IMG/VR virus record: IMGVR_UViG_3300025117_000032
DNA length: 64,000 bases
Source: a virus
Direction: 5' to 3' (one strand)
Within the stretch, counting starts at the first letter, position 1. The number at the start of each line of letters is the position of its first letter. Both the position numbers and the translations under genes were made by a program. Of this stretch, positions 30,149 through 39,459 are shown piece after piece. Below the pieces are notes generated by a model. That model made no database searches. It was given only the letters and a program-made list of their open reading frames with translations, and was not told where the DNA came from.

Positions 30149-30718
30149 CTAACCAACTTTGCGTATTGGAAAAATTGGTGGCAAAGCCACAACGATAACA
30201 TCTGCATCTTCCAAACATCTAACTGTGTGTTTTATGTTATGGGGAATATACAAACAATCCCCACGCTTTAAAATGTTGGTGTAGGAGTTACTTACAGATA
30301 TCTCCATTTTTCCGTGTAGCACATAAAAAAATTCAGAAGAGCTATGGTGACAATGCTCCCCTAGATAATACCCAGAGTTAATTTTTGAATGAAAAAAATC
30401 ATAACCCTTGTCTGTCTTGTTACCAATAGACACAATCTTTGCTCCATCACCTATTTTTTTTTTAAGTGTGGGGGTATCCATACAATGAAAATCAATGTTT
30501 TCTATACCAAATTCATCTATTAGAGATGTTATATCATTGTCCCATTTTTCATACAAATCTTCGAATCTTTTGTCAGTTGCAAATCTAAACTTTGCTAATT
30601 TATGCAGGGCAACTTTGTAGAAGATAAAAAACATAGTGATACCGATTATACTAACCACAAAACTAGTCATCACAGTCACCCCCACTCTTATCCTTGAATT
30701 TTTCTTGAGCCATAGCAA
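30149..30718 (-). CDS. Membrane-anchored cupin-domain protein
   Basis: TM helix; EHCHHSSSEFFYVLHG...GDCLYIPHNIKH. Confidence 0.75.
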   Translation of the reverse strand: MLWLKKNSRIRVGVTVMTSFVVSIIGITMFFIFYKVALHKLAKFRFATDKRFEDLYEKWDNDITSLIDEFGIENIDFHCMDTPTLKKKIGDGAKIVSIGNKTDKGYDFFHSKINSGYYLGEHCHHSSSEFFYVLHGKMEISVSNSYTNILKRGDCLYIPHNIKHTVRCLEDADVIVVALPPIFPIRKVG

Positions 30719-30887
30719 TAACTACACCAAAGGATTTATTACACAAAGATATCAGTGAATCCAATCTATCGCTAATTCTATTCATCTCATTTTTCATATA
30801 TGCAAAGATAAAATAAAATGCTACCCCAGCAGCACCATATTTTTCTACAAGTTGACTAGCAACATCAGCAACATTCAAGTCCACCAT
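30663..30887 (-). CDS. Putative holin-like membrane protein
   Basis: Single TM (YGAAGVAFYFIFAYM) plus coiled coil, near amidase. Confidence 0.45.
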   Translation of the reverse strand: MVDLNVADVASQLVEKYGAAGVAFYFIFAYMKNEMNRISDRLDSLISLCNKSFGVVIAMAQEKFKDKSGGDCDD

Positions 30888-30895
30888 ATTCCACC

Positions 30896-31072
30896 CTATT
30901 CTTTTTTGTCGTCAATAACATCTTTGAGTTTTCTACGAATAGTTGAACCAAATGGGGCATCGTATCCTGCAACATTAGCTGTTGTATTAGCTGGAGATTC
31001 TTCGTCTATCAAGTTATCATACATATCTGATACAACACTTCTTATCAAATCCTTTAACTCTTCTTTTGTCAC
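30896..31072 (-). CDS. Small putative prohead-core-like protein (58 aa, not in ORF track)
   Basis: GTG start MTKEELKDLIRSVVSDMYDNLIDEESPANTTANVAGYDAPFG...; GGGGG RBS and TATTTAT upstream. Confidence 0.6.
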   Translation of the reverse strand: MTKEELKDLIRSVVSDMYDNLIDEESPANTTANVAGYDAPFGSTIRRKLKDVIDDKKE

Positions 31073-31111
31073 CTAAGTAAATCCCCCATTGATACATCAC
31101 ACAGATAAATA

Positions 31112-31342
31112 TCAAACAACCCCACCAATGTCTTGTACTATTTCAGCATCGTGTATCTTGCTGCATATTAAATACTCCTTACCACCCCCAAAATTGGAGT
31201 TTGACGCCAATAAAATAAGGCTCCCATGGGAGCCTTCGCATCTCCCTAAAGCAACCTTAGCCCCATCCTTGTCTTCATTTTTCAATCTAACTAGTATCTC
31301 ATATTTATCCTCTCCGACTTCTACTGTTTCCAACATCGGCAC
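31112..31342 (-). CDS. Hypothetical protein
   Basis: Packed ORF. Confidence 0.5.
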   Translation of the reverse strand: MPMLETVEVGEDKYEILVRLKNEDKDGAKVALGRCEGSHGSLILLASNSNFGGGKEYLICSKIHDAEIVQDIGGVV

Positions 31343-31860
31343 CTTACCCCCATTTTTTTGAGAAAGTCTATTGGATCTTGAGAATAGACCTCTCCATACA
31401 CCACTCTAGTTATGCCTGCATTGATTATCATTTTGGCACAAAGCATACAGGGTGAAGTTGTCACATACATAGTTTTATCACCAGGATGATTTTTATCCAG
31501 TTTTATCATGGCATTCATTTCAGCATGAATACAGGTACACCTTGAAGTACCAATCATCGGTAAACTCACCCCATTGATTGTGCTTTCTCCACAATATTCG
31601 CAGGAATCATTATCATCACCTGCGGCACCGCCATTATAACCAATAGCCAAGACCCCCTCATTGTTGGTTGGAACAATAACACACCCAATTTTCCTACCTG
31701 GGATCTTGCAGGTTGACCGGAGGGCAATTTTTTGAGCAAGCCCCATCCATATATCGGCCCAAGGGGGGCGACCGCTAGAAGTCACCACAATGGCTCCCAA
31801 CATATACCCCATCAAATGTAAATTTACCGTATTGATCCTCAAATATGGGGGAGAATCCAT
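31321..31860 (-). CDS. dCMP deaminase
   Basis: RSTC, IGCVI, GYNG, IHAEMNA, SPCMLCAK; true start probably downstream of 31860. Confidence 0.9.
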   Translation of the reverse strand: MDSPPYLRINTVNLHLMGYMLGAIVVTSSGRPPWADIWMGLAQKIALRSTCKIPGRKIGCVIVPTNNEGVLAIGYNGGAAGDDNDSCEYCGESTINGVSLPMIGTSRCTCIHAEMNAMIKLDKNHPGDKTMYVTTSPCMLCAKMIINAGITRVVYGEVYSQDPIDFLKKMGVRCRCWKQ

Positions 31861-32122
31861 GTTTTAGACCAATGGAAACCATTTTACCATCTTTTTGTAT
31901 GGCTTCCACATTATCTTGTATTGTTGGAACCCAAACCGATACAGATTTGCCATTAATAACATGGCGTTTCTCCATCAGCCTACTTGGATATTCATCCTCA
32001 ATAGCTTCCATCGCTTCTGCTTTTCCATCATCAAACCCTTCTTTGTATGCCTCATCAATTGCGTTTTCAATCGAATCTTGATCATCATAATTGACATTTG
32101 GGTAACTGTAATACCTTCCCAT
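31775..32122 (-). CDS. Hypothetical protein
   Basis: Packed ORF with RBS. Confidence 0.5.
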   Translation of the reverse strand: MGRYYSYPNVNYDDQDSIENAIDEAYKEGFDDGKAEAMEAIEDEYPSRLMEKRHVINGKSVSVWVPTIQDNVEAIQKDGKMVSIGLKHGFSPIFEDQYGKFTFDGVYVGSHCGDF

Positions 32123-32123
32123 T

Positions 32124-32930
32124 TCAAACCACCTTTCGTTTGTATTCCTTTAGCACAGACCGAATCTTGCTCCACGATACATTAAACTCTACAGAAATTT
32201 TTCTGTATGATAATCCCCCCTCCCTCAATACCAACATTCTTTCCATTTCCAATTCTGTAAACACAATTGTTCTTGATTTTATTAAGTTCTCAATATGTCT
32301 TGAGGATTTTTTCTTTCCAATCAAAGAATCACTAATTTTTTTTCGTTCTTCATTTGATGTAAATCTTCTTTTTGCAGAAATAGATGCAGATTGTTTAAAT
32401 TTTTCCAAATTTTCGGGTGTTATTTCTGCCCAGCGTTTTATTTGGGCTACCCTCATGTTTTGTTTTGCTTCGTCTGTCATCTTTTTTCCAGTATTCGCTA
32501 AAGTTAATCTCTCCCCAAACGATTTTGGATATTTCATTCCAATATGGGATCGACTAATTTTTTTCTTTGTTTCTAATGATGGGTTTATGGTTCCATTTTT
32601 TCTTTTTGTTTCCAAAATTTTACCAATGGTTTCCCGAGTCATTTTTCCAACTCTACCACCATGATCGTTATTATATCCAGACGCATATGAACCAAACTCG
32701 CCAACATATTTCTGTTCCAATATATTCAATTCTTCTCTTGTTTTCCCACTACATAAAACTTTCCAAGTGAAATTGTTTTCCCCATATTTCCTAATTGCAC
32801 AATGAAATGTTGCAGTTGACCCGTTTTTTGCAGATCTAAGGTGCTGTTTTTTTCTAATATCCAACTCAAATTTTGTTTGACCAATATATTGTTTTCCATT
32901 AATTAAATTTTCCGCTATATAAATAATCAT
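32124..32930 (-). CDS. GIY-YIG homing endonuclease with NUMOD3 and C-terminal HTH
   Basis: IIYIAENLINGKQYIGQT...AIRKYG...GYN; GLSYRKIS. Confidence 0.9.
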   Translation of the reverse strand: MIIYIAENLINGKQYIGQTKFELDIRKKQHLRSAKNGSTATFHCAIRKYGENNFTWKVLCSGKTREELNILEQKYVGEFGSYASGYNNDHGGRVGKMTRETIGKILETKRKNGTINPSLETKKKISRSHIGMKYPKSFGERLTLANTGKKMTDEAKQNMRVAQIKRWAEITPENLEKFKQSASISAKRRFTSNEERKKISDSLIGKKKSSRHIENLIKSRTIVFTELEMERMLVLREGGLSYRKISVEFNVSWSKIRSVLKEYKRKVV

Positions 32931-32953
32931 GACTTACCTCCAAAAAATAAATA

Positions 32954-35422
32954 TCACGAAGTCATGGTTTTATATTCATCAAGTATCGGTTTTATATAAC
33001 TAATATGAGAAAATTCTTTTAATGGCGTGAACACCTGTTTATCAAACACCAAATCATAGTCAATCTCAAAGACATCCTTCCTCTCATCAATTAAGTGTAG
33101 GTCTTCCTGCAACAAACAAATTGCCGTTGTCCTCAACCTTGGTTTTTTATCATCTTCAACCTTGGATCTTATGTAGAACATCAATGGGATATCCCTGTAT
33201 GTAATATTTGTTCCAAGATGTTCATTGGCAAACTTAGCACCCTTTACATGCTGGGGTTTGTTCTTAAATTTATCAAACGGCATCCCAAATTTCTTGAAGA
33301 TACCCAATGATTCTGGTGGCAAGGTTTCTATCTCTTGTCTTAAGTCAACCAAGGTTTGGGTTGTCAAATTTCCCCTGACAACCAATTCAGTTATCTCGTT
33401 CATCCTTGCTCTCAAGAATTTTGGTGTATCCTTTCGTATGATGTTCAACCCATGAATGTACTTCTTTCCGCTTTCACGTTCTATTCCATAGTACCTCTTC
33501 TTTGAATCCCCAAAATAGATAACCTCAAGATCCTTTTCATATTCAAGTTCCATCATTTCATATTCGGGTAGGGGATATTTGTTGTACCTTGGAATAAAGA
33601 CCTTTTTGAGCGTCTTATTGAAAATCTCCACCCAAGATCCTATGTCTTCATTCGATCTCCCAGATTGTTTAAAAAATGATGAGTCAGTGTCGGCATATAT
33701 GACTTCAAACCCATCCTGATTGAGATTATCCATTGCATAATTCAAAGCTCTCCTAGCAAAGAATGTTATGGCATCTGCAACCTCAATCTTATACAGTCTA
33801 AAAAACCTAAAACCAAAGGTTCCATAGGCAGAGTTCAAAATGATTTTCAATGCATACTGGTGCTTGTCTAGCGCATTAAGTTTAACAGGATCCTCTTCTG
33901 TTTTCATCAATTTCTTTATGCGTCTACGTTCCCCATACATCTCTTTCAGGATCTTTGGGAGTACCCCAACCCTATTTGTGTGGGCATAAAACAGATACCG
34001 TTTTCCAACCAACTCATCACTGTATCCAGTATCAACATACTTCACCTTTTTCTTGTCAAGCCTTTCGATAATCTGTTCAATGGTATACCCATTTTCTTCT
34101 GCCTGTGCTTGCGAACAGATAAAGGTTTCCGGCGACAAATTGAAACTCATAACTGTTGTTGGGTATAGTGATGCATAGTCAACCAAACCAATGTCACTAT
34201 ACAACCCCGGTTTTGGATCCAAAACAATGGCACCCATGTAACTTTCTTTTTCAGATGGGTTTTTGGTTGGCAAAACCACTTGCCCACTACATTGCGACAT
34301 GATATAGCTGTCCACAATTGAAGACTCGTTCATTGCGCTGTCAAGCGTTGTAATATTTGTCATTTTCTGGACCAAACAGAACAGGTTGAATATTCCTAAC
34401 CTATCATCAATTTCCTTTAGAATCTCAACATCCCTAAACCCATATCGAATAAACCCTGGATAATCATCTTTCCAGTTTTTCCAAGTTACCTCTGTTAACT
34501 TTTCTATATCTGGATCCTCAATTATCTCAACTGCTGCCGTAGCTAATTTGTTGTTGGATAAATTGTAGTTCATCTTTTCACTGACAGCAATCAACATATC
34601 AATGTGATCAAGCCCAACCGTGTATGTTGCCCATTGTTGATCCCTTGGTTTCTTGTAACAGTTAACCAATCGGTCAACCATCCCACCACTCTCCCTTATG
34701 GTGTTATACATAGGAGACATTTGGTTGTAATCAATGTGCAAAAGCTTACAACGATTCACAATGTATGGAAGATCAAATTGAGAAGACCACCAACCTGTTA
34801 CAACATCAACGCTGTAGTCTTCTAGGAAAGCAAAAAACGAGAGGATAACATCTTCCTCATCCTTGCAAAAGACAATTATCTTATCCCCAGACTCTTCAAT
34901 CTTTGTTTCCTTAAGGTTTTCAGTTTCGGTTTCATGCCATGTGAACATGACATATTTTTTTTCACCGGATAGATATCCTTGAATGGAAGTGATCGGTGCC
35001 TTTGGATTGTCTGGACCCATAAATGTAACATCGTCTGTGAATGTTTCAATGTCAAAATAGAAGATGTTTCTATCCTTGGCATCTGCCCATTCAAACTTTG
35101 TTGTCATAAGGTACTTGAACTCTGGTCGAATATCCGATTCGTATATGTAACCTGGATAGAGTTCTGCTAGAGATAGTTTTTCCCGAATGCTTGTGTATTC
35201 TACCTTAACAACGTTCTTGCCGAAGATAGACTTATACCCAACCGATTCTGGTATTTCCATTCTAGGAAACCTGTCTAAATTTCCAACCTGGGATTCATCA
35301 AAGTAGAACCAATCCCTAAATTCGGATTTCAGATGAACCCGCTCACCGGAATCTGACACACCGAACCTATGGATAACCCAATCGCCGTAGGAAAATTCAG
35401 AACACACCCTTGTTAACTTCAT
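32954..35422 (-). CDS. Family B DNA polymerase
   Basis: Exo FDIET, FDLPY; Pol DYASLYP, KIILNSAYG, YADTDS, KKRY. Confidence 0.95.
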   Translation of the reverse strand: MKLTRVCSEFSYGDWVIHRFGVSDSGERVHLKSEFRDWFYFDESQVGNLDRFPRMEIPESVGYKSIFGKNVVKVEYTSIREKLSLAELYPGYIYESDIRPEFKYLMTTKFEWADAKDRNIFYFDIETFTDDVTFMGPDNPKAPITSIQGYLSGEKKYVMFTWHETETENLKETKIEESGDKIIVFCKDEEDVILSFFAFLEDYSVDVVTGWWSSQFDLPYIVNRCKLLHIDYNQMSPMYNTIRESGGMVDRLVNCYKKPRDQQWATYTVGLDHIDMLIAVSEKMNYNLSNNKLATAAVEIIEDPDIEKLTEVTWKNWKDDYPGFIRYGFRDVEILKEIDDRLGIFNLFCLVQKMTNITTLDSAMNESSIVDSYIMSQCSGQVVLPTKNPSEKESYMGAIVLDPKPGLYSDIGLVDYASLYPTTVMSFNLSPETFICSQAQAEENGYTIEQIIERLDKKKVKYVDTGYSDELVGKRYLFYAHTNRVGVLPKILKEMYGERRRIKKLMKTEEDPVKLNALDKHQYALKIILNSAYGTFGFRFFRLYKIEVADAITFFARRALNYAMDNLNQDGFEVIYADTDSSFFKQSGRSNEDIGSWVEIFNKTLKKVFIPRYNKYPLPEYEMMELEYEKDLEVIYFGDSKKRYYGIERESGKKYIHGLNIIRKDTPKFLRARMNEITELVVRGNLTTQTLVDLRQEIETLPPESLGIFKKFGMPFDKFKNKPQHVKGAKFANEHLGTNITYRDIPLMFYIRSKVEDDKKPRLRTTAICLLQEDLHLIDERKDVFEIDYDLVFDKQVFTPLKEFSHISYIKPILDEYKTMTS

Positions 35423-35783
35423 TGATTTCCCTCATCCACTCTATTGCACCACAAGTTGGGCAAATGTGTTTGTGCCTATCTTTTCCACGGAACAAATTTG
35501 TATGATCATATTTCATTTTTCCCTTACGGCAAACCAAGCAATACTTCAAAACATTTGTGAGTCGATAGTAGTCAAGACGTTGATCATCTTTCACCCAGGA
35601 CATGGAAACCCATTTTTCTTTTGTCCCCCTTACTGTGAAGAAATCAGTTGTGAAATATCCACCCTCAATCCAGCCCACTGTTTTCCACCACTTACGTTCT
35701 GGCCCAATTTTTTTGGGAAGCCAAAGAAACTTTCTCTTCAGCTTCCTCTTGTGGTTTGGGTATATGGTTTGTTTCATTTTCAA
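35397..35783 (-). CDS. Hypothetical Zn-ribbon protein
   Basis: FLWLPK motif; CLVC...CPTC. Confidence 0.55.
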   Translation of the reverse strand: MKMKQTIYPNHKRKLKRKFLWLPKKIGPERKWWKTVGWIEGGYFTTDFFTVRGTKEKWVSMSWVKDDQRLDYYRLTNVLKYCLVCRKGKMKYDHTNLFRGKDRHKHICPTCGAIEWMREINEVNKGVF

Positions 35784-36502
35784 ACCCCTTGCTTTCCAAT
35801 CTTGTTTCCATCATCATTGTCTTCTTCCCTCAAGCATGATGTTGAGATAGACATATTATCAAATGCACTTCTAGTGCCAACAGCATCGGCAGCATAACAC
35901 CATGTAAATGATGGATTAAAACCATATGCACGACTTGTGGCAAAGGCATCTTGGTTAGCTGCCAAGAAAACGAATTCCCAATTATGGCAAGACCTTTGGT
36001 GACTCACCATATCGTTTATCTTTTGGGTTGTGAATTCCTTTGAACAGTTCTCTTGCCCATCGGTAAGTATAGCACAGATAACCCTTGGTCTGCAACAATT
36101 ATGTTCCCCCGATCTATGCGAATCATAGTGGTAAGTTTCCTCTTCAACTTTCTTGTTAACCATGTTGATCGTCCTACCAATAGCATCATTCAAAGCAGTC
36201 ATACCCCTTGGAACAAACGATGCATTGGTTAGTTCTCTTGCCTCTCGAATGGGTACATGATTGTAAACACACTCATACTGGTCGTCAAATTGAATCATGG
36301 TAAGATATGCATTGCCCCCCATTTCTTTTTGCTGCCTCAAAAATTCATTGAACCCACCAATGGCATCCGAACGAATGTCAGACATACTCCCAGACCGATC
36401 CAAGATAACCACGATTTCTACAAACTTCTCTTTCATTTTCTTCTCTCTTTCCTGTTCACACCAACAATCATACCAATTTCCCCATTGATCTTCATAACTC
36501 AT
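35780..36502 (-). CDS. von Willebrand factor A domain protein
   Basis: ILDRSGSM MIDAS, PRGMTALNDAIG, ILTDGQEN.S.E, WEFVFLAAN. Confidence 0.9.
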   Translation of the reverse strand: MSYEDQWGNWYDCWCEQEREKKMKEKFVEIVVILDRSGSMSDIRSDAIGGFNEFLRQQKEMGGNAYLTMIQFDDQYECVYNHVPIREARELTNASFVPRGMTALNDAIGRTINMVNKKVEEETYHYDSHRSGEHNCCRPRVICAILTDGQENCSKEFTTQKINDMVSHQRSCHNWEFVFLAANQDAFATSRAYGFNPSFTWCYAADAVGTRSAFDNMSISTSCLREEDNDDGNKIGKQGV

Positions 36503-36915
36503 GTCCCTGTACTCCCAAATTTTCCCTCACCCCTTGGAGTATCATCTAGCTCTTCAACCAAATCTGGTAAACCAACCCAACATGGCACAACAACTAGCTG
36601 TGCAATCTTCTCACCAATTTTGTAGGTAAAGGGAAGCTCTCCATTGTTGAACATATGAACCAACAGTTCACCCCTATAACCAGAATCAATAACACAAGCA
36701 CCTATTGTAAGCTTATCTTTTGTTGCCCTGCCAGATTTCTCTTTGACAACCCCAACATAACCCTCTTGAATAGCCACCGCTATTCCTGTTCTCACAACCG
36801 CATCTTTACCAGGATGAATACAACCATTGCTTATCGTGTAAAGATCCAACCCAGCGTCACTTGGATGCGCTCTTGTTGGAACGATAGCACCATCTACCAA
36901 TTTCTTGACCAGCAT
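36499..36915 (-). CDS. dut: dUTPase (trimeric)
   Basis: DAGLDL, KSG, VIDSGYRGE, IAQL, RGEGKFGSTG. Confidence 0.95.
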   Translation of the reverse strand: MLVKKLVDGAIVPTRAHPSDAGLDLYTISNGCIHPGKDAVVRTGIAVAIQEGYVGVVKEKSGRATKDKLTIGACVIDSGYRGELLVHMFNNGELPFTYKIGEKIAQLVVVPCWVGLPDLVEELDDTPRGEGKFGSTGT

Positions 36916-36934
36916 AGAACCCCCTTGTTTGGTA

Positions 36935-36963
36935 ATGTTACACTATTTCAGCATAGATGTAAA
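36935..36963 (-). promoter_or_regulatory. Sigma70-type early promoter
   Basis: TTTACA-N17-TAACAT upstream of dut. Confidence 0.6.
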
Positions 36964-37097
36964 GGTTTTCCTTCACTATTTACCACAAAAAATGCGGAAG
37001 CCTTTTCACCGCACCAGCATTTCATGTTTTTTTCTAGTAAGACATCTCCAACAGGTATGATTATAAGACGTTTACACTTTGGACACAAATACATCAT
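36948..37097 (-). CDS. Small Zn-ribbon protein (49 aa, not in ORF track)
   Basis: MMYLCPKCKR...MKCWCG. Confidence 0.5.
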   Translation of the reverse strand: MMYLCPKCKRLIIIPVGDVLLEKNMKCWCGEKASAFFVVNSEGKPLHLC

Positions 37098-37166
37098 TTA
37101 CTTTTTCTTCCGATCAGCATATCTCCGTATGCGGGTTAATCGTTATTTATTGGTTACTTTTCCAAC

Positions 37167-38054
37167 CTATATTTGCACAACCAAGTCAGTCTTTTTTGGT
37201 ATTGGATATCTTAGACCATCGTGTTTGTATGTGGTGGGTCCAGATTTAACAAGGACTATATCGTCACCTTCATCTGGGTATCTAAACTTATCCCCAACCT
37301 TCAACTTTGAAAATGGAACTGTATCATTTTTCTCAACACCCTCTTTGACTGTTTCAGCAAGGTTCTTACCCCTTCGCATACGGTAAGCAACCCGTTCTTT
37401 GACTGTCCTATAGCTCTTATCCAAGGCCACAACACTTATGTAGGGTTTCCCATCTTCCTCATTCAACTCACTGGAAACATGCACCCCAACATAGAAACCA
37501 GCATCCTCGTATACAAGGTAAGCACCTTTTAACAACTTCTTACCCTTCTTGAAATTTCCATCTCTTTCAAGTTTGATGTTGTTCTTAAGATCCTTGGACA
37601 ATCTTGGATCTGTATAATGCAATTGGGTTATCCTCTTCAATGAGGGATAATGCGCCTTGAATGATTCGTTTACATCTATTCTTTTCATGCTGCTTACCTT
37701 TCTTTCGGTCAATAGTTTACCATAGAACTCTCTTTTTTCTCTTACGCTGGGCTTCCTCAAGCTTGCCCGCATATACTTTCGATACCCTTTACCAACTGCA
37801 TACCAAGCTGTTTTCTTGACAATGTTGTAAAACTCTTCGCCATCCACACCTGGAAACGTCCTTATTAACGTCCTTAGTCTTTTTATGTACCATTTTGATA
37901 AATAGTTGGTATTTATCCCCTCTATGTATCTTTCTCCATCATCATAGAACACCAGGAGCAATGGTGATTTATCGTTTTTCCACCCACCAACCTGTCCAGG
38001 TCTTTGTTTCTTGCCATAAACAAACGACAATATTGATCCGAATTTGTAGCTCAT
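37167..38054 (-). CDS. DNA end protector (T4 gp2)-like protein with C-terminal extension
   Basis: G..L.FVY...W.ND..PLLLV...EGINTNYL...Y..I...RKY resembles the gp2 GLNLHYL region. Confidence 0.5.
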   Translation of the reverse strand: MSYKFGSILSFVYGKKQRPGQVGGWKNDKSPLLLVFYDDGERYIEGINTNYLSKWYIKRLRTLIRTFPGVDGEEFYNIVKKTAWYAVGKGYRKYMRASLRKPSVREKREFYGKLLTERKVSSMKRIDVNESFKAHYPSLKRITQLHYTDPRLSKDLKNNIKLERDGNFKKGKKLLKGAYLVYEDAGFYVGVHVSSELNEEDGKPYISVVALDKSYRTVKERVAYRMRRGKNLAETVKEGVEKNDTVPFSKLKVGDKFRYPDEGDDIVLVKSGPTTYKHDGLRYPIPKKTDLVVQI

Positions 38055-38644
38055 GTTTCTTTTTTATCCTGTATCTTCTCAACTAAGTTTTGGTTTTCTA
38101 CGTTATAGTATATGTATGTAAATATATTTCGAAAGCTCGAACGAACATACTTTCTGTATCCCTTGGTTATCGCAAACCTAGCTGTCCTCCTAAGGATATG
38201 GTAGAACTCTTCCCCATCAATACCAGGAAACCGTTTCATGATTAGCTTTAACTTGTGAACATAAAACCCAGACAAGTAATTCATATTGATACCCTCAATA
38301 CGATCCTTTGGCATATCATCCCAGAACACCAATAGGTTTGGTTTCCGGTCCACCTTCCAACCACCGATCTGTCCTTGAACTTGCTTGTTTCCATATACAA
38401 ATTCAAGGACTGTTCCATACGGAATTTTTTTCACAATAGAGTATGACTTCCTAATCATACCTGGGGGGATTGGTCTTCTATATTTGATTGGAGCAAGCTC
38501 TGGTTTCTTGGCAAACTTACCCCTAACATCCCTGGCAACCTCTCCAGTGATGACAACCTTCTTGGTAAACTTACCCTTGACATCCCTAAATGAATGTTTG
38601 GCACGCTTTGGCTTGAATGCCTTATGTGGTTTTTTGGCTTTCAT
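38051..38644 (-). CDS. DNA end protector (T4 gp2)-like paralog with basic N-terminus
   Basis: Core clearly paralogous to 37167-38054; RDVKGKF/RDVRGKF repeats. Confidence 0.5.
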   Translation of the reverse strand: MKAKKPHKAFKPKRAKHSFRDVKGKFTKKVVITGEVARDVRGKFAKKPELAPIKYRRPIPPGMIRKSYSIVKKIPYGTVLEFVYGNKQVQGQIGGWKVDRKPNLLVFWDDMPKDRIEGINMNYLSGFYVHKLKLIMKRFPGIDGEEFYHILRRTARFAITKGYRKYVRSSFRNIFTYIYYNVENQNLVEKIQDKKET

Positions 38645-38825
38645 TGAACCTCTTCACAATCTCATCCATGTATGCTTGTTGCATTTTTTCAGCAAACTCA
38701 TGGATTTTGTTCTTCCTATGGTTCAAGCTTTCTGCTCTTAGCTGGTGATTTTCTTTCTTCAATCGGTTCCTCTTTTGAGCTTTCTTTTGCTTGATCGCCA
38801 TTGAGTGTTTGTTCGGCTTTTTCAT
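38622..38825 (-). CDS. Small basic hypothetical protein
   Basis: Lys/Arg-rich packed ORF. Confidence 0.45.
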   Translation of the reverse strand: MKKPNKHSMAIKQKKAQKRNRLKKENHQLRAESLNHRKNKIHEFAEKMQQAYMDEIVKRFNESQKTT

Positions 38826-39096
38826 TGTATACCTCCAACAACTTGTTAAAAACTTCCATGAACATCTCTGAAAAATTTATGTTGCCTAGATCCTCTAGCA
38901 CATACACACTAGGAATACTTATCTTCCGTTTGGTGTAGACTTCCCTCTTTACCTTGTCTGGTCTTTTTGCTGGCAAGGGTTCCCCTGGAAAATCTATGAC
39001 CTCATTCCCAGCATGAATGGTTGTGTACTTATCCGTATCAGACTCTAGTTCCTTTAGTTTAAGATGTTGGCTTCCTCCTAAAAATAGTACCTTCAT
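38716..39096 (-). CDS. Hypothetical protein
   Basis: Packed ORF, GGAG RBS. Confidence 0.5.
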   Translation of the reverse strand: MKVLFLGGSQHLKLKELESDTDKYTTIHAGNEVIDFPGEPLPAKRPDKVKREVYTKRKISIPSVYVLEDLGNINFSEMFMEVFNKLLEVYNEKAEQTLNGDQAKESSKEEPIEERKSPAKSRKLEP

Positions 39097-39457
39097 TTTT
39101 CTCCCTCCAATTCAATCATCAATATCTTAGCGTGTTCCAAAATACTTTCACCCTCTGGAACGCAAAGTATTTCTCTTAACTCATACAAAATTTCTTCTGC
39201 ATCTTTTTGTGGTTCTACCATATCATTCCATGTAGGTACGATACCATTTCGCACAAAAAAATCATTTTCAAACATAATATCCTCCATTTCTGAATCGTCT
39301 TCTTCAAAGAGATCATCGTACTCTTTTTCGAAGTTTGGGTTATCTTCTAGGGCACACTCCCATGAACAATACCCCTCTGACAATGGGTGAAGACCACGAT
39401 TCCACCCACAACTACCACACCAATGAAACCCCTCCTACACCTTTTGCATTCACTCAT
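39093..39457 (-). CDS. Zn-finger protein requiring -1 frameshift at G GGT TTC
   Basis: MSECKRCRRGF (frame 0) + HWCGSCGWNRGLHPLSEGYCSWEC... (-1 frame, ORF 39093-39383). Confidence 0.6.
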
Positions 39458-39459
39458 TT

